The notes beneath the pieces were generated by a model. The model worked only from the letters and a program-made list of their open reading frames with translations, ran no database searches and had not been told where the DNA came from. DNA of 64,000 bases. It comes from an uncultured Acidobacteriota bacterium. Lineage in GTDB: Bacteria > Acidobacteriota > Thermoanaerobaculia > Multivoradales > UBA5704. Positions 28,678-38,868 of the stretch are shown here, piece by piece. The stretch covers positions 4,160,001-4,224,000 of the forward strand of contig CAVYRF010000002.1 in NCBI GenBank assembly GCA_963770895.1, read 5' to 3'. Position numbers and translations under genes: made by a program. The first letter of the stretch is position 1. The number at the start of each line of letters is the position of its first letter.

Positions 28678-31530
28678 ATGCGGACACCGGCACCGACTAC
28701 GACAGCCCGCGCCTGGGCAGTGGGGCTCCTCGGAACATGGCTTTGCTGTTGTCTGCCAGCTCGCGGGCAGGAGCTTCATTGGACGGCACTGGGACCCGGC
28801 GGCGGCGCGGCGGCGCGGGTGGCGACGGTAGCGGGACAGTCCGGAGCGGCCTACGCCGCGATGATCAACTCCGGCATCTGGAAGACGATCGACGGCGGCG
28901 CGAGCTGGCAGCGCGTGCTGACACTGCCGAACGAGGGCACCTATTCCTTTCTCGTCGTGGCCCCCGACAACCCGCTGGTGGCCTTTGCCGGGACCGTGCC
29001 GGGGATCTGGCGGACTGCGGACGGCGGCGGCAGCTGGACCCTGCTGCCGGTGCCGGCAGCGGCCACGCTGGCCATCGCTCCGTCGCAGCCGAGCGTCGTC
29101 TATGCCATCGGCGCCACCGGCGTCTATCGCAGCCAGAATGGTGGTGTGGCCTGGAGCCGGGGTCCGGCCCTCCAGCTCTCGGTCGCGACCTCGGCCGTCG
29201 ATCCACAGAATCCGAATCTCGTATATGCGGCCGGCGACGAGCCGGCCTCCCTCACCGCCGCCCTTATGCGCAGCACGGACGGTGGCCAGACGTGGTCGCA
29301 GTTGGACAGCGGTTTTTTCTCCGCCGACCTCTTCGTTTCGAGCGTCGTCGCGACGGCGGACAGCCCGGCGACGCTCTACGCCTGCCTGAACGCCCAGATC
29401 TTCGCCGCGGCCGGCGCGGGGATCTACAAGAGCCGCGACGGCGGCCAGACCTGGAGCGCGGTGCTGCCTCTGCCGAGCCACCAGCCCAACGGCATCCTGG
29501 TGCCGGTCCCGGGGGCGCCGGGGACGCTTTACGCCGCCCTCACGCGCGATCAGGAAGGGGCATCCGGCGGACTTCCGGCAGCCTACGAGATTTGGCAGAC
29601 GACCGACGGCGGTGCCACCTGGGCGATGGTTTTCAGCACCCTCGACCCGATCGCCAGCCTGGCGGTCGACGCGGTATCGCCGGGGCGGATCTATGCCGGC
29701 CTCAGCTATGAGGGCGTCGTGGTGAGCCAGGATGGCGGCGCTGACTGGGCCTCGGCCGCGGCGACCCTCCTTGCCTCGTCGGCGACCGCGGTGACGGCCG
29801 ACCCCACCGCCGCCGGCACGCTCTACACGGGGGCCAACGGCGGGGTGGAAAAATCCACCAACGGCGGCGCCACCTGGACAACCACAGGCGCGGAGATCAC
29901 CCTGTCGTCCGCCGGGCGCGTGACCAAGCTGGTCGTGGACCCCACCTTCCCGAACCGTGTCTACGCCGCGACCAACGGGGCGCAGACCTCCAATGCCGGC
30001 ACCGGCCTCTTCCGCAGCGTCAACGGCGGGCAGACCTGGCAGGCGACGGCGCCCGGCATGCCGGCGGTCTTCGACCTGGCGCTCGATCCCAGCACCAGCC
30101 CACCCCGCATCTACGCTGCCGGGGCCGGCACGCTGCCCAATAGCTCGAACGTGCTGGAGTGGAGCGACGACGCCGGCGCCACCTGGAACGTGCCGACGGC
30201 GCCGCCGTTCATCTCCTATCCCCCGGGCACCCCCGCCGCCTACGAGCTGCTGAGCGCGGTCGCGGTCGATCCTGCCAACCCGTCTCGCTTGTACGCCTCG
30301 GGCAACGGTTTCTGGATCAGCGCCGACCGCGGCCATACCTGGCAGCTGATAGACACCGCGCCGAACCTCCAGAAGCTGCGATTCGCCTCCGGCGCGGCAG
30401 GTGCACTCTACGGCATCGCCGCGGCCGGCCCGCACCTGGTCTACAAGAGCCTCGATCACGGCGCGACCTGGACCGCCGCCGACCCCGGATTTCCGTCCAG
30501 CCTGGAGGCGCAGGACCTCGCGATCGACCCGCAGACCTCGGCGATCTACCTCGCGACCTCGCTCGGCGTCTACGTGTCGCGGGACGGCGGCGCCACCTAT
30601 CAGGTCGAGGACGACGGCATGGGCGACCTCTCGGTCGCGGCGCTGGCCTTCGCTCCGCTCCAGCCGGGAGAGCTCCTCGCCGCCGCCTACAACGGCGGCG
30701 TTTTCGCCGCCAACGGGAGCTGCGCGACGGGGCCGCAGGCGCTTTGCCTCCAGAGCGGCCGGTTTCGCGCGACGATGAGCTGGGCGGCGCCGGGAGTGGG
30801 GACCGGGAGCGGGGCCGGGATCGCAACCGCGCTCTCCGACGACAGCGGCACCTTCTGGTTCTTCAGCCCCGATAATCTGGAGCTGGCGGTGAAGTTGCTC
30901 GACGGCAGCGCCGTCAACGGCAACTTCTGGGTGTTCTATGGGGCGATGAGCAACGTCGCCTACACCTTGACGATCGCCGATCTCACGACCGGGGCGCAGA
31001 AGAGCTACGTGAATGCCCAAGGCGATCTGACCAGCCTCGCCGATACCGCGGCCTTTCCCAGCACGGCGCCGGCGGTCCACGGCGCTGCTGCACCGGTGCC
31101 CGCGGCCCCGCCGGAGTCCGCTGTCCCCGGTCGTGACGAGAGCTCTTCCGGCAGCACCCCGGGGCATGAGGGGCGGGACGCCAGCACCCCGGCATCCTGC
31201 GAGCCGGACGCGGCAAGCCTCTGTCTCGCGGCCTCGCGCTTCCGGGCCAGCGTCAGCTGGACGACCGCGGGCGGCGCCACCGGCTTCGGCCAGACGGTGG
31301 CGCTCACGGCGGACTCGGGAGGCTTCTCGTTCTTCGCCTCGGCGGACCTCGACCTGATCGTCAAGATCGTCGACGGCCGGGCGCTGAACGGGCACTTCTG
31401 GGTGATGTACGGTTCGCTTTCGGATGTCGCCTTCACCGTCACCATCGTCGACTCCGTGACCGGGGCGCGGCGAACCTACGCCAATGAGCAGGGAGAGCTG
31501 GCCAGCGGCGCCGACACGGCCGCATTCTGA
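28678..31530 (+). CDS. Secreted BNR/Asp-box beta-propeller protein with two C-terminal repeat domains
   Basis: Signal peptide; many (S/T)xDGGxTW Asp-boxes; two FWFF...VKxxDG..NG.FWV.YG domains. Confidence 0.85.
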   Translation: MRTPAPTTTARAWAVGLLGTWLCCCLPARGQELHWTALGPGGGAAARVATVAGQSGAAYAAMINSGIWKTIDGGASWQRVLTLPNEGTYSFLVVAPDNPLVAFAGTVPGIWRTADGGGSWTLLPVPAAATLAIAPSQPSVVYAIGATGVYRSQNGGVAWSRGPALQLSVATSAVDPQNPNLVYAAGDEPASLTAALMRSTDGGQTWSQLDSGFFSADLFVSSVVATADSPATLYACLNAQIFAAAGAGIYKSRDGGQTWSAVLPLPSHQPNGILVPVPGAPGTLYAALTRDQEGASGGLPAAYEIWQTTDGGATWAMVFSTLDPIASLAVDAVSPGRIYAGLSYEGVVVSQDGGADWASAAATLLASSATAVTADPTAAGTLYTGANGGVEKSTNGGATWTTTGAEITLSSAGRVTKLVVDPTFPNRVYAATNGAQTSNAGTGLFRSVNGGQTWQATAPGMPAVFDLALDPSTSPPRIYAAGAGTLPNSSNVLEWSDDAGATWNVPTAPPFISYPPGTPAAYELLSAVAVDPANPSRLYASGNGFWISADRGHTWQLIDTAPNLQKLRFASGAAGALYGIAAAGPHLVYKSLDHGATWTAADPGFPSSLEAQDLAIDPQTSAIYLATSLGVYVSRDGGATYQVEDDGMGDLSVAALAFAPLQPGELLAAAYNGGVFAANGSCATGPQALCLQSGRFRATMSWAAPGVGTGSGAGIATALSDDSGTFWFFSPDNLELAVKLLDGSAVNGNFWVFYGAMSNVAYTLTIADLTTGAQKSYVNAQGDLTSLADTAAFPSTAPAVHGAAAPVPAAPPESAVPGRDESSSGSTPGHEGRDASTPASCEPDAASLCLAASRFRASVSWTTAGGATGFGQTVALTADSGGFSFFASADLDLIVKIVDGRALNGHFWVMYGSLSDVAFTVTIVDSVTGARRTYANEQGELASGADTAAF

Positions 31531-31658
31531 GCGGCGGGCGCCGGCCGCGGCCTCTCTCGCACCGCGTTCCTGCGCGCGATCGCTGCCTCGACGTCATGAG
31601 CGTCCGCGGCTGGCGTGACCGCGCCCTACGCACCAGCGCCTCCTGAGGAGATCACGCG

Positions 31659-32480
31659 ATGAAGATTCATGCTGTCCAGACAGGATCGGTGCGGATCAAG
31701 AGCGCCCAGGTGGTGGGGCGCGGGCAGGGCTTGCGCCGTCGGCTGGCGATCTTCGGCGACCGCGAATGGACGGACTGGCTTCCCACCTTCGTGTGGGTGA
31801 TCGATCATCCCGAAGGCGTCATCGTGATCGATACGGGCCAGGGCGTGCATCTTCTTGCGTCCGGCAAGTCGCTCCACCCCTATGTGCGATTTGAAGTGGC
31901 GTTTCGCATCGATCGTGAAGAGGAGATCGGCCCGCGGTTGCGTGCGCTGGGCATCGGCGCGCGGGATGTGAAGATGGTTTTGCTCACGCATTTGCACATG
32001 GATCACGACGGCGGCCTGGCGCATTTCCCGGAGGCGGAGATTCAGGTCGCTCGCGGCGAGATACGGATCGCGAGCGGCTGGTTGGGCCGCATGCGCGGGT
32101 ACGTGCCCAACCGGTGGCCGACATGGTTCGACCCGGTGCCTCTGGACCTTGAAGCGCAGCCTTTTGGCCCGTTCGCCGCCGGCAAGCGCCTGACCCGGGC
32201 GGGCGACGTGATCGCCGTCGCCACGCCGGGTCACACGGCAGATCACGTGTCCGTCCTGGTGCAGGAGGGAGAGACGACGTTCTTTCTGGCCGGCGATACC
32301 TCGTACGACGACCGCTTGCTGCTCGATGGCGTCAGCGCGGACGACCGCGTTGCGGCCGCGACGCTGGACGCGATCCGGCATCTCGCCCGGTCTGGCCCGA
32401 CGGTCTATCTGCCGACGCACGATCCCCAGGCCGCCACCCGGCTGGCGGGGCGTCAGGTGCTGCGCTGCACGGAGCCTTGA
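31659..32480 (+). CDS. Metallo-beta-lactamase-fold hydrolase (AHL-lactonase family)
   Basis: IDTG, THLHMDHDGG (HxHxDH), TPGHT, AGD, PTHD. Confidence 0.88.
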   Translation: MKIHAVQTGSVRIKSAQVVGRGQGLRRRLAIFGDREWTDWLPTFVWVIDHPEGVIVIDTGQGVHLLASGKSLHPYVRFEVAFRIDREEEIGPRLRALGIGARDVKMVLLTHLHMDHDGGLAHFPEAEIQVARGEIRIASGWLGRMRGYVPNRWPTWFDPVPLDLEAQPFGPFAAGKRLTRAGDVIAVATPGHTADHVSVLVQEGETTFFLAGDTSYDDRLLLDGVSADDRVAAATLDAIRHLARSGPTVYLPTHDPQAATRLAGRQVLRCTEP

Positions 32481-32482
32481 CG

Positions 32483-32570
32483 ATGGCATCCCTCGCGGTC
32501 GACATAACATTGCGCCTGGATATCAACGGCTCCAGCCAGCGGCTCGCATGTGCGCCGCAGCAACTCCGCG
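32483..32570 (+). pseudogene. Possible 5' remnant of a (2Fe-2S) CoxS/YagT-type small-subunit gene
   Basis: GGAG RBS and ATG right after the MBL stop; VDITLRLDINGSSQRLACAP resembles those N-termini, then similarity is lost. Confidence 0.25.
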
Positions 32571-32603
32571 CCGAGCTCCGGCGCAGCGCACAGACCGCGG
32601 CGG

Positions 32604-33032
32604 CTATCGGGGGCGCGCAGGGTTCGGGGGGGCGGGCGCCAGTGCATCCAACCGGCGCAGGATCTCGGTAAGGCGGCGGTTCATCTCTTCGAGGTCCGTG
32701 GCCGGTGAACGCGGCGCCGGGGTGCGAGCCGCCCCCGGCAGGCGGTTGGGGCCGGTCAGGGCGTCCAGCTGCTGGATCAGAGGGCTGCGCTGGTCGGTAT
32801 CCTTGAAGACGATGCGGAACAGCTCCTGCGGGTAGAGGCCGATCACGCGGCAGATGTCGAGGATGTGGCGGAGCTTGAGGTCGAGCCTGCCGCTGAGCAG
32901 GCGGCCCAGGTCGGTGCCGCAGCCCTCGTCCAGCAGGCGCTTTTCCACCTCGCGGCGACTCAAGCCCGACAGCTCGATGAAATGGCTGAGCGTCTCCCTG
33001 GTACGCTCGACTTCCGCCTTACTACCGCCCAT
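32604..33032 (-). CDS. XRE-family HTH protein
   Basis: SGLSRREVEKRL...LGRLLSGRLDLKLRHILDICRVIG. Confidence 0.78.
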   Translation of the reverse strand: MGGSKAEVERTRETLSHFIELSGLSRREVEKRLLDEGCGTDLGRLLSGRLDLKLRHILDICRVIGLYPQELFRIVFKDTDQRSPLIQQLDALTGPNRLPGAARTPAPRSPATDLEEMNRRLTEILRRLDALAPAPPNPARPR

Positions 33033-33170
33033 TGTGGGAGTGTATTGGAGCGCTACAAGCGGTAGCTAGATCTGGTCATTATTACCGCAGGCGTAGTATG
33101 TTTGGTGAGTTATCGCCATAATGATGTTTCCGGTGTCGGTAATATCGCCGAGCTGGAAAGGGGGTAAAGG

Positions 33171-33413
33171 ATGAGCAGAGCCAAGGTCGAGGCTGATATC
33201 GGCAAGTGCTTGCGGGAGCTGCGGAAGTCGCTGGGCTGGAGCCAGGTCGAGCTGGCCCGGTCCGCCAGGATGTCCGCAACGGCCCTGTCCAGGATCGAAA
33301 CCGGCAGGCAGCGACCAGAGCCCGCCAGCCTGCGCCGCCTGCTCGGAACCATGGGTTATCCGGGTGACTCCTGGCGCCTGCTCGACCTCCTCATGCAGCG
33401 CGGTGTCCTCTAG
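33171..33413 (+). CDS. XRE-family HTH regulator (short, possibly truncated)
   Basis: LRELRKSLGWSQVELARSARMSATALSRIETGRQRP. Confidence 0.82.
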   Translation: MSRAKVEADIGKCLRELRKSLGWSQVELARSARMSATALSRIETGRQRPEPASLRRLLGTMGYPGDSWRLLDLLMQRGVL

Positions 33414-33515
33414 GCCGCTAGGCCGTCCTGCGCCGGACATCGCAGCCAGCGCAGACGAGCTGGCTGCCTTGCGGGCGCTTCAGGTCCACGAGGAAATCGG
33501 AGAAGATGAAGAACC

Positions 33516-33734
33516 ATGGACACCGATGCCATCGGAGCCGTCGAGGTTATCGACGACGAGATGGCGCGTATCCTGCGCGCCATGACCTGCGCCGATCGCC
33601 TGCGCATCGCGAGCGGCATGTACGCCGCGGCACGACGAATGCTCTTGAGCAGCCTCGCGGCGGAACACCCTGAATGGGAACCGGGGCGGGTGCAGGACGA
33701 AACCGCGAGGAGACTGTCGCATGGAGCAGGATGA
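33516..33734 (+). CDS. Small helical protein, putative MenA1-like antitoxin
   Basis: ADRLRIASGMY...LAAEHPEW pattern; overlaps the downstream nucleotidyltransferase gene. Confidence 0.6.
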   Translation: MDTDAIGAVEVIDDEMARILRAMTCADRLRIASGMYAAARRMLLSSLAAEHPEWEPGRVQDETARRLSHGAG

Positions 33735-34284
33735 GCTGCTCCGGTTTGCCGTCGAAGCCCTGCACCATCTCCGCCTGCGCTACCTCGTGACCGGCTCCAT
33801 TGCCACCGTGCTGTATGGCGAGCCCCGATTCACCAACGATATCGACCTGGTGGTCATCCTTGGCGCGGACCGGATCCAGGATCTGTGCCGCTCGTTTCCT
33901 CAGCCCGAGTTCTACGTCAGCCCGGAATCCGTGCGGCAGGCGGTGGAGCGGCGAGGCCAGTTCAATATCATCCATCCCGCCTCCGGCCTCAAGCTGGACA
34001 TCATGGTGCCCGCGGAAACGCCCTTCAACCGTGAGCGGTTCGAGCGGGCAAGACAGGTCAGGCTGCTGCCTGACCTTGATGTCAGCGTCGCCGCGCCGGA
34101 AGACGTCATCATCAAGAAGATGGAGTACTACCTTGCGGGCGGCTCCGACAAACACTTGCGAGACATCGCGGGCATTCTCAAAGTCAGCCCTGACCAGGTA
34201 GACCGGACCTACATTGCTGAGTGGTCGGAACGCCTCGGTCTTAGCCAGGTCTGGTCGGCGCTGGCGCGGCGAGTGCCGCCATAG
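33721..34284 (+). CDS. Nucleotidyltransferase (MenT/AbiEii-like), putative toxin
   Basis: VTGSIA...GEPRFTNDIDLVV (GS plus DxD), PEDVIIKK, KHLRDI. Confidence 0.8.
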   Translation: MEQDELLRFAVEALHHLRLRYLVTGSIATVLYGEPRFTNDIDLVVILGADRIQDLCRSFPQPEFYVSPESVRQAVERRGQFNIIHPASGLKLDIMVPAETPFNRERFERARQVRLLPDLDVSVAAPEDVIIKKMEYYLAGGSDKHLRDIAGILKVSPDQVDRTYIAEWSERLGLSQVWSALARRVPP

Positions 34285-34296
34285 GCTCCGATGCGG

Positions 34297-36540
34297 TCAG
34301 GTGGCGCGGTCGAGGAGGCTGGCGGCGACGATGAGGAGCTCTACGGGGTCTACGGGTTTGGGGGTGTGCATGTGGTAGCCGATGGAGAGGGCTTTGACGC
34401 GGTCTTCGGCGCTGGCGTGGGCGGTGAGGGCCAGGGCGACGGTCTGGCCGCCTTCGGCGGCGGGGAGGGCGCGGATGCGCTTCATGAGGCTGAAGCCGTC
34501 CTCTTCGGGCATGCCGATGTCGGAGATGAGGAGCTCGGGGCGCCAGGCGCGCAGGGTGTCGAAACCTTCCTGGGCTGAGTGGGCGATGCGGATGTCGGCA
34601 CCGGCGGCGCGCAGCAGCTCGCCGGCCCATTCGGCGTTGTCGGGTTCGTCGTCGACGATGAGGATGCGGCGCCGGCGCAGGTCCTGGCGCATCAGCAGGG
34701 GCTCGGCCAGGGAGAGGCCGGCGTTGGCGGCGCGGCGGGCGTTGGCCAGGTCGCCTGTGGAGCGGACGGGGAAGGCGACGGTGAAGGTGGCGCCGCGGCC
34801 TTCGCCTTCGCTGGCGACGTGGACGGTGCCGCCGTGGACCTCGACCAGCTGGCGGACGATGGCCAAGCCCAGCCCGAGGCCGCCGTGGCGGCGGGTGGTG
34901 CCGCTGTCGGCCTGCCAGAAGCGCTCGAAGACGTGCGGCAGGCGCTCGGGGGCGATGCCGACGCCCTGGTCGCTGACGACGATGTGCACCTTGTCGTCCC
35001 GGCGGAGGATGCCGACTTCGATGTGGCCGCCGCGGGGTGTGAACTTGATGGCGTTCGACAGCAGGTTCCAGACGATCTGCTGCAGGCGGTCGGGATCGGC
35101 GAAGATCGGCGCGATGTCGGGCCCTACGCTGAGGGTCATGGCGACGCCCTTGTCGGCCGCCGCCGGGCGCTGCGATTCGACGGCCGCCTCGGTGGTGTCG
35201 ACCGGATTGACTTCGGTGAACTGCATCTTGAGCTTGCCGGCGACGATGCGCGCGATGTCCAGGATGTCGTCGACGATCTTGGTCTGGGCGTGGGCGTTGC
35301 GCTCGATGACTTCGGCGGCGCGCGCGATGGTGGCGGCGTTGGGTTCGGTCGAGCGCAGGATGCCGGCCCAGCCCAGGATGGCGCCCAACGGCGTGCGCAG
35401 CTCGTGCGACACGGTGGCCAGGAAGCTGTCCTTGGCGCGGCTGGCGCTTTCGGCTTCGTAGCGCGCCTGCCGCTCCGCGGCCAGCAGGTGCTCGCGCTCC
35501 GCTTCGACCTGCTTGCGCTCGGTGACGTCGCGAAACACCAGCACGACGCCCAGCACCTTGCCGTCGGCGGCGCGGATCGGCGCCGCGCTGTCGTCGATCG
35601 GCGTTGCGGCGCCGTGGCGCGAGATCAGCAGTGTGTGGTTGGCCAAGCCGACCACCAGGCCTTCGCGCAGGGCGCGAAAGGCCGGATTTTCCACCTCGGC
35701 GCGGGTGTATTCGTTGACGATGTGGAACACCTCGCCGACCGGCCTGCCGACGGCTTCGTGGACGCGCCAGCCGGTGAGCCGCGCGGTCACCGCGTTGACG
35801 AACCGGATGATGCCGTCGCTGTCGGTCGCCAGCACGCCGTCGCCGATGCTGGCGAGCGTCGTGGACAGCCATTCCTGCTGCTCCAGCATCTCCCGGTCGT
35901 GGCGGGCGCGTTCGTCGGCGATGCGGTGCGCCAGAAACCAGACCGCGGCCAGGACGCCCAGGGCGACGGCGTTGGCGAACACGAAGGCAAACGCCGCGGC
36001 GTGCTGGCCAGCCACCACCCGGGCGCCGCGCAGACCGGCCAGCCGCTGTTCTTCCTGCCGCATGACGGCGAACAGGTTGCGAGTCTCGATGTCGACCTGC
36101 TCTTCGCGGCCGCTCGCCATGAGCCTTGCCGCGGTTTCCGCCTGGTGGCGCCGATAGAGATCGACACTTTCGGCGAGCAGCTGCAAGCGGGCGGCGATCA
36201 GCTGGTGGAGCTGGGGAAAGCGGGGCTGCTGGCGGGGATTGTCCACCGTCAGGCGCTGCGCCTGCGCCACCTCATCCCAGATCCTGCTCCGCGCCGCACC
36301 GTAGGTGACGACGTCGTTGGGGCGCCCGGTCACGATGTAGTCCTGCACCGCCCCGTCGGCATCCAGCAGCAGCGACTGGCAGGTGCCGAGGTGGGCCAGC
36401 ACCTCGTAGGTGTGGGCGTTCCACAGGTTGGCGTGGATCATCGAGCGCAACGCCCATCCCTCCCACAGCGCGTTGAGCGCCAGGACGAACAGCGAAGCGA
36501 TCAACGTCACCACCAGGCGGCGCTCGGTGCGCGTAGGCAT
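34297..36540 (-). CDS. Hybrid sensor kinase (CHASE3-PAS-HisKA-HATPase-REC)
   Basis: Two TMs flanking CHASE3-like LTVDNPRQQ; PAS; SHELRTPL; NLLSNAIKFT; GLGLGL; ISDIGMP receiver. Confidence 0.93.
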   Translation of the reverse strand: MPTRTERRLVVTLIASLFVLALNALWEGWALRSMIHANLWNAHTYEVLAHLGTCQSLLLDADGAVQDYIVTGRPNDVVTYGAARSRIWDEVAQAQRLTVDNPRQQPRFPQLHQLIAARLQLLAESVDLYRRHQAETAARLMASGREEQVDIETRNLFAVMRQEEQRLAGLRGARVVAGQHAAAFAFVFANAVALGVLAAVWFLAHRIADERARHDREMLEQQEWLSTTLASIGDGVLATDSDGIIRFVNAVTARLTGWRVHEAVGRPVGEVFHIVNEYTRAEVENPAFRALREGLVVGLANHTLLISRHGAATPIDDSAAPIRAADGKVLGVVLVFRDVTERKQVEAEREHLLAAERQARYEAESASRAKDSFLATVSHELRTPLGAILGWAGILRSTEPNAATIARAAEVIERNAHAQTKIVDDILDIARIVAGKLKMQFTEVNPVDTTEAAVESQRPAAADKGVAMTLSVGPDIAPIFADPDRLQQIVWNLLSNAIKFTPRGGHIEVGILRRDDKVHIVVSDQGVGIAPERLPHVFERFWQADSGTTRRHGGLGLGLAIVRQLVEVHGGTVHVASEGEGRGATFTVAFPVRSTGDLANARRAANAGLSLAEPLLMRQDLRRRRILIVDDEPDNAEWAGELLRAAGADIRIAHSAQEGFDTLRAWRPELLISDIGMPEEDGFSLMKRIRALPAAEGGQTVALALTAHASAEDRVKALSIGYHMHTPKPVDPVELLIVAASLLDRAT

Positions 36541-36830
36541 GCGGTCAGCTCTCCTTCGCGGACGGACGGGGGAGCGCAGCCGGTCGCCGGAGGCGGGGGG
36601 CGGGCCGGTGCCTGAGGCCGCCGGCCGCCACGCCTCCGGGCCGGGCGCGCGCTGACCCTACGGTAACGCAGAGGCGGCAGGCGTTTCCAGACGTTGCAAA
36701 GAAGGCGCGCGGGCGTCGCGGCGATTGTAAACAGCGGCCTTGCGGCCCGCCGCCGCGCGCTTTGCGGCGCCGGGCTTTCCTGTACACTCTCGCAGTTTCT
36801 GCACCGGCCCCCCACCAGGAGGAAGGACGC

Positions 36831-38840
36831 ATGGACCAGCCCGACGTCAGGTCGCTGCCGGACAACGCCTACCAGCCGCTTGCCGCCGGTGAGACGTATG
36901 CGCCGGCGGTCCCGGCCGCGGCGTCCGGCCCGGAGGTCACCGTGCGGTCGGTCGGCTGGGGCCTGCTGTTGTGCGTGCTGTTCAGCGTCGCCTCGGCCTA
37001 TTCGGGCCTCAAGGTGGGCCAGGTGATGGAGGCGTCGATCCCCATCTCGATCCTGGCCATCGGCCTGGCGCGGGCGTTCCGGCGCCGCTCGACGCTGCTC
37101 GAAAACGTCATCCTGACCAACATCGGCGGCACTTCGGGCGGCCTGCTGGCGGGCGCGATCTTCACCCTGCCGGCGCTCTACATTCTGAATCTGGATCCGC
37201 ATCCGCTGCAGACCACGTTGATCCTGCTGGCGGGCGGCTGCCTGGGCGTCTTCTTCCTGATCCCGCTGCGCCGCTATTTCGTGCGCGAGATGCACGGCCG
37301 CTTCCCGTACCCCGAGGCGACGGCGATCACCGAAGTGCTGGTGACCGGCGAAAAGGGCGGGTCGCAGGCGCGCCTGCTGCTGCAGGCGACCGCCATCGCG
37401 GGGGTCTACGACTTCCTGGTCACCACCTTTCACGTCTGGCAGGAGACGCTCGATTTCCAGTTCGTGCCCGTCGTGCGGGCGGCCGCCGAGCGGGCGCGGG
37501 CGGTGCTGCGCTTCGACGCCATCTCCTTCATCCTCGGCCTGGGCTACGTCATGGGTCTGCGCCCGACGATGATCCTGTGCGCCGGCGGCGTGCTGGCCAA
37601 CCTGGTGTTGGTGCCGCTCATCTGGATGATCGGCCGCCACGCCCAGGGGCTGGTGGTCTATCCCGGCACGGTGCCGATCGCGGCGATGGACGCGGCGGCG
37701 ATCTTTCGCAACTACGTGCGCTTCATCGGCGTCGGCGCCATCGCCACCGCCGGCATCGTCGGCATCCTGAAGTCGTTGCGCATCGTCGCCGGCTCCTTCG
37801 CCATCGCCGCGCGGTCGTTCCGCCGCGCCGACGCCAACGCCGCCGCCGCCGGCCAGGAGCGCACCGACCGCGACCTGCCGGTGAGCTTCATCCTGGGCGG
37901 GGTGGTGCTCACCACGGTGGCCGCCGGAGCGTTCTTCACCACCCTTGCCGGGTCGCTTTTGGCCGTCGGGGTGGGGCTCGCGCTGATGCTGGTGTTTTCG
38001 TTCTTCTTCGCGTCGGTGGCGGCCAACGCCATCGCCACCGTCGGGCGCAATCCGGTTTCGGGCATGACGATGCTGACGATCATCGTGTCGTCGGTGGTGC
38101 TGCTGCGCTTCGGCGTCTCCGGGACCAGCGGCATGTTCTTCGTCATGGCGATCGCCGGCATGGTGTGCACGGCGCTGTCGGTGTCGGGGCAGACGATCAC
38201 CGACCTCAAGACCGGCTACTGGCTGGGGTCGACGCCGGCCTCCCAGGAGGGGGTCAAGTTCCTGGGCATCCTGGTTTCGTCGGTGGCGGCGGCGCTGACC
38301 ATCGTGATGCTGGCCAAGACGTTCCAGTTCGGCGAAGCGATTCCGGGTGACGCGCGGGTGGTCCTGGCGGCGCCGCAGGCGTCGATCATGAAGGCGCTGG
38401 TGGCCGGCTTCATGAGCCGCCAGCCGGTGGCCTACATCCTGTTCGGCGCCGGGGCGATGCTGACGCTGACCATGGAGATGCTGGGCGCGCCGGCGCTGAT
38501 CTTCGCGCTGGGGATGTACCTGCCGCTGGAGCTCAACTCGCCGGCGCTGGCCGGCGGCTTCCTGGCCGAGTACCTGGGCCGCCGCGCCCAACGCCTGGGC
38601 GGCGAGGCGGGGCGCGGCGTGCGCGAGCGCGGCGTCATCGTCGCTTCGGGCCTGATGGCCGGCGGCGCGCTGGGCGGCGTCCTGGGCGCCGCGCTGCGGC
38701 TCTTCCCCTGGTACCGCGAGGACCTGGTCGCGACGCCGTTCTACGGCAACGCGCCGGTGTCGCAGGTGGTGTCGCTGGCGATGTTCGGCGGTCTCTGCCT
38801 CTACCAGTGGTTCGCCGCGGTCGGCCGCCGGCGCGCTTGA
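36831..38840 (+). CDS. OPT-family oligopeptide transporter
   Basis: YSGLKVG, LENVI, FPYPEATA, NPVSGMT, DLKTGYWLGSTP, APQA, ASGLMAGGAL. Confidence 0.92.
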   Translation: MDQPDVRSLPDNAYQPLAAGETYAPAVPAAASGPEVTVRSVGWGLLLCVLFSVASAYSGLKVGQVMEASIPISILAIGLARAFRRRSTLLENVILTNIGGTSGGLLAGAIFTLPALYILNLDPHPLQTTLILLAGGCLGVFFLIPLRRYFVREMHGRFPYPEATAITEVLVTGEKGGSQARLLLQATAIAGVYDFLVTTFHVWQETLDFQFVPVVRAAAERARAVLRFDAISFILGLGYVMGLRPTMILCAGGVLANLVLVPLIWMIGRHAQGLVVYPGTVPIAAMDAAAIFRNYVRFIGVGAIATAGIVGILKSLRIVAGSFAIAARSFRRADANAAAAGQERTDRDLPVSFILGGVVLTTVAAGAFFTTLAGSLLAVGVGLALMLVFSFFFASVAANAIATVGRNPVSGMTMLTIIVSSVVLLRFGVSGTSGMFFVMAIAGMVCTALSVSGQTITDLKTGYWLGSTPASQEGVKFLGILVSSVAAALTIVMLAKTFQFGEAIPGDARVVLAAPQASIMKALVAGFMSRQPVAYILFGAGAMLTLTMEMLGAPALIFALGMYLPLELNSPALAGGFLAEYLGRRAQRLGGEAGRGVRERGVIVASGLMAGGALGGVLGAALRLFPWYREDLVATPFYGNAPVSQVVSLAMFGGLCLYQWFAAVGRRRA

Positions 38841-38868
38841 ACCGGCCTCTTCGACCAGACCGCGGCGC

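Noticed and set aside
33364-33585. Frameshifted continuation of the XRE gene
   Set aside because: Possible but unsupported: no slippery site or recognisable domain
32604-34284. Prophage or integrative element
   Set aside because: No integrase, transposase, structural genes or att-like repeats visible
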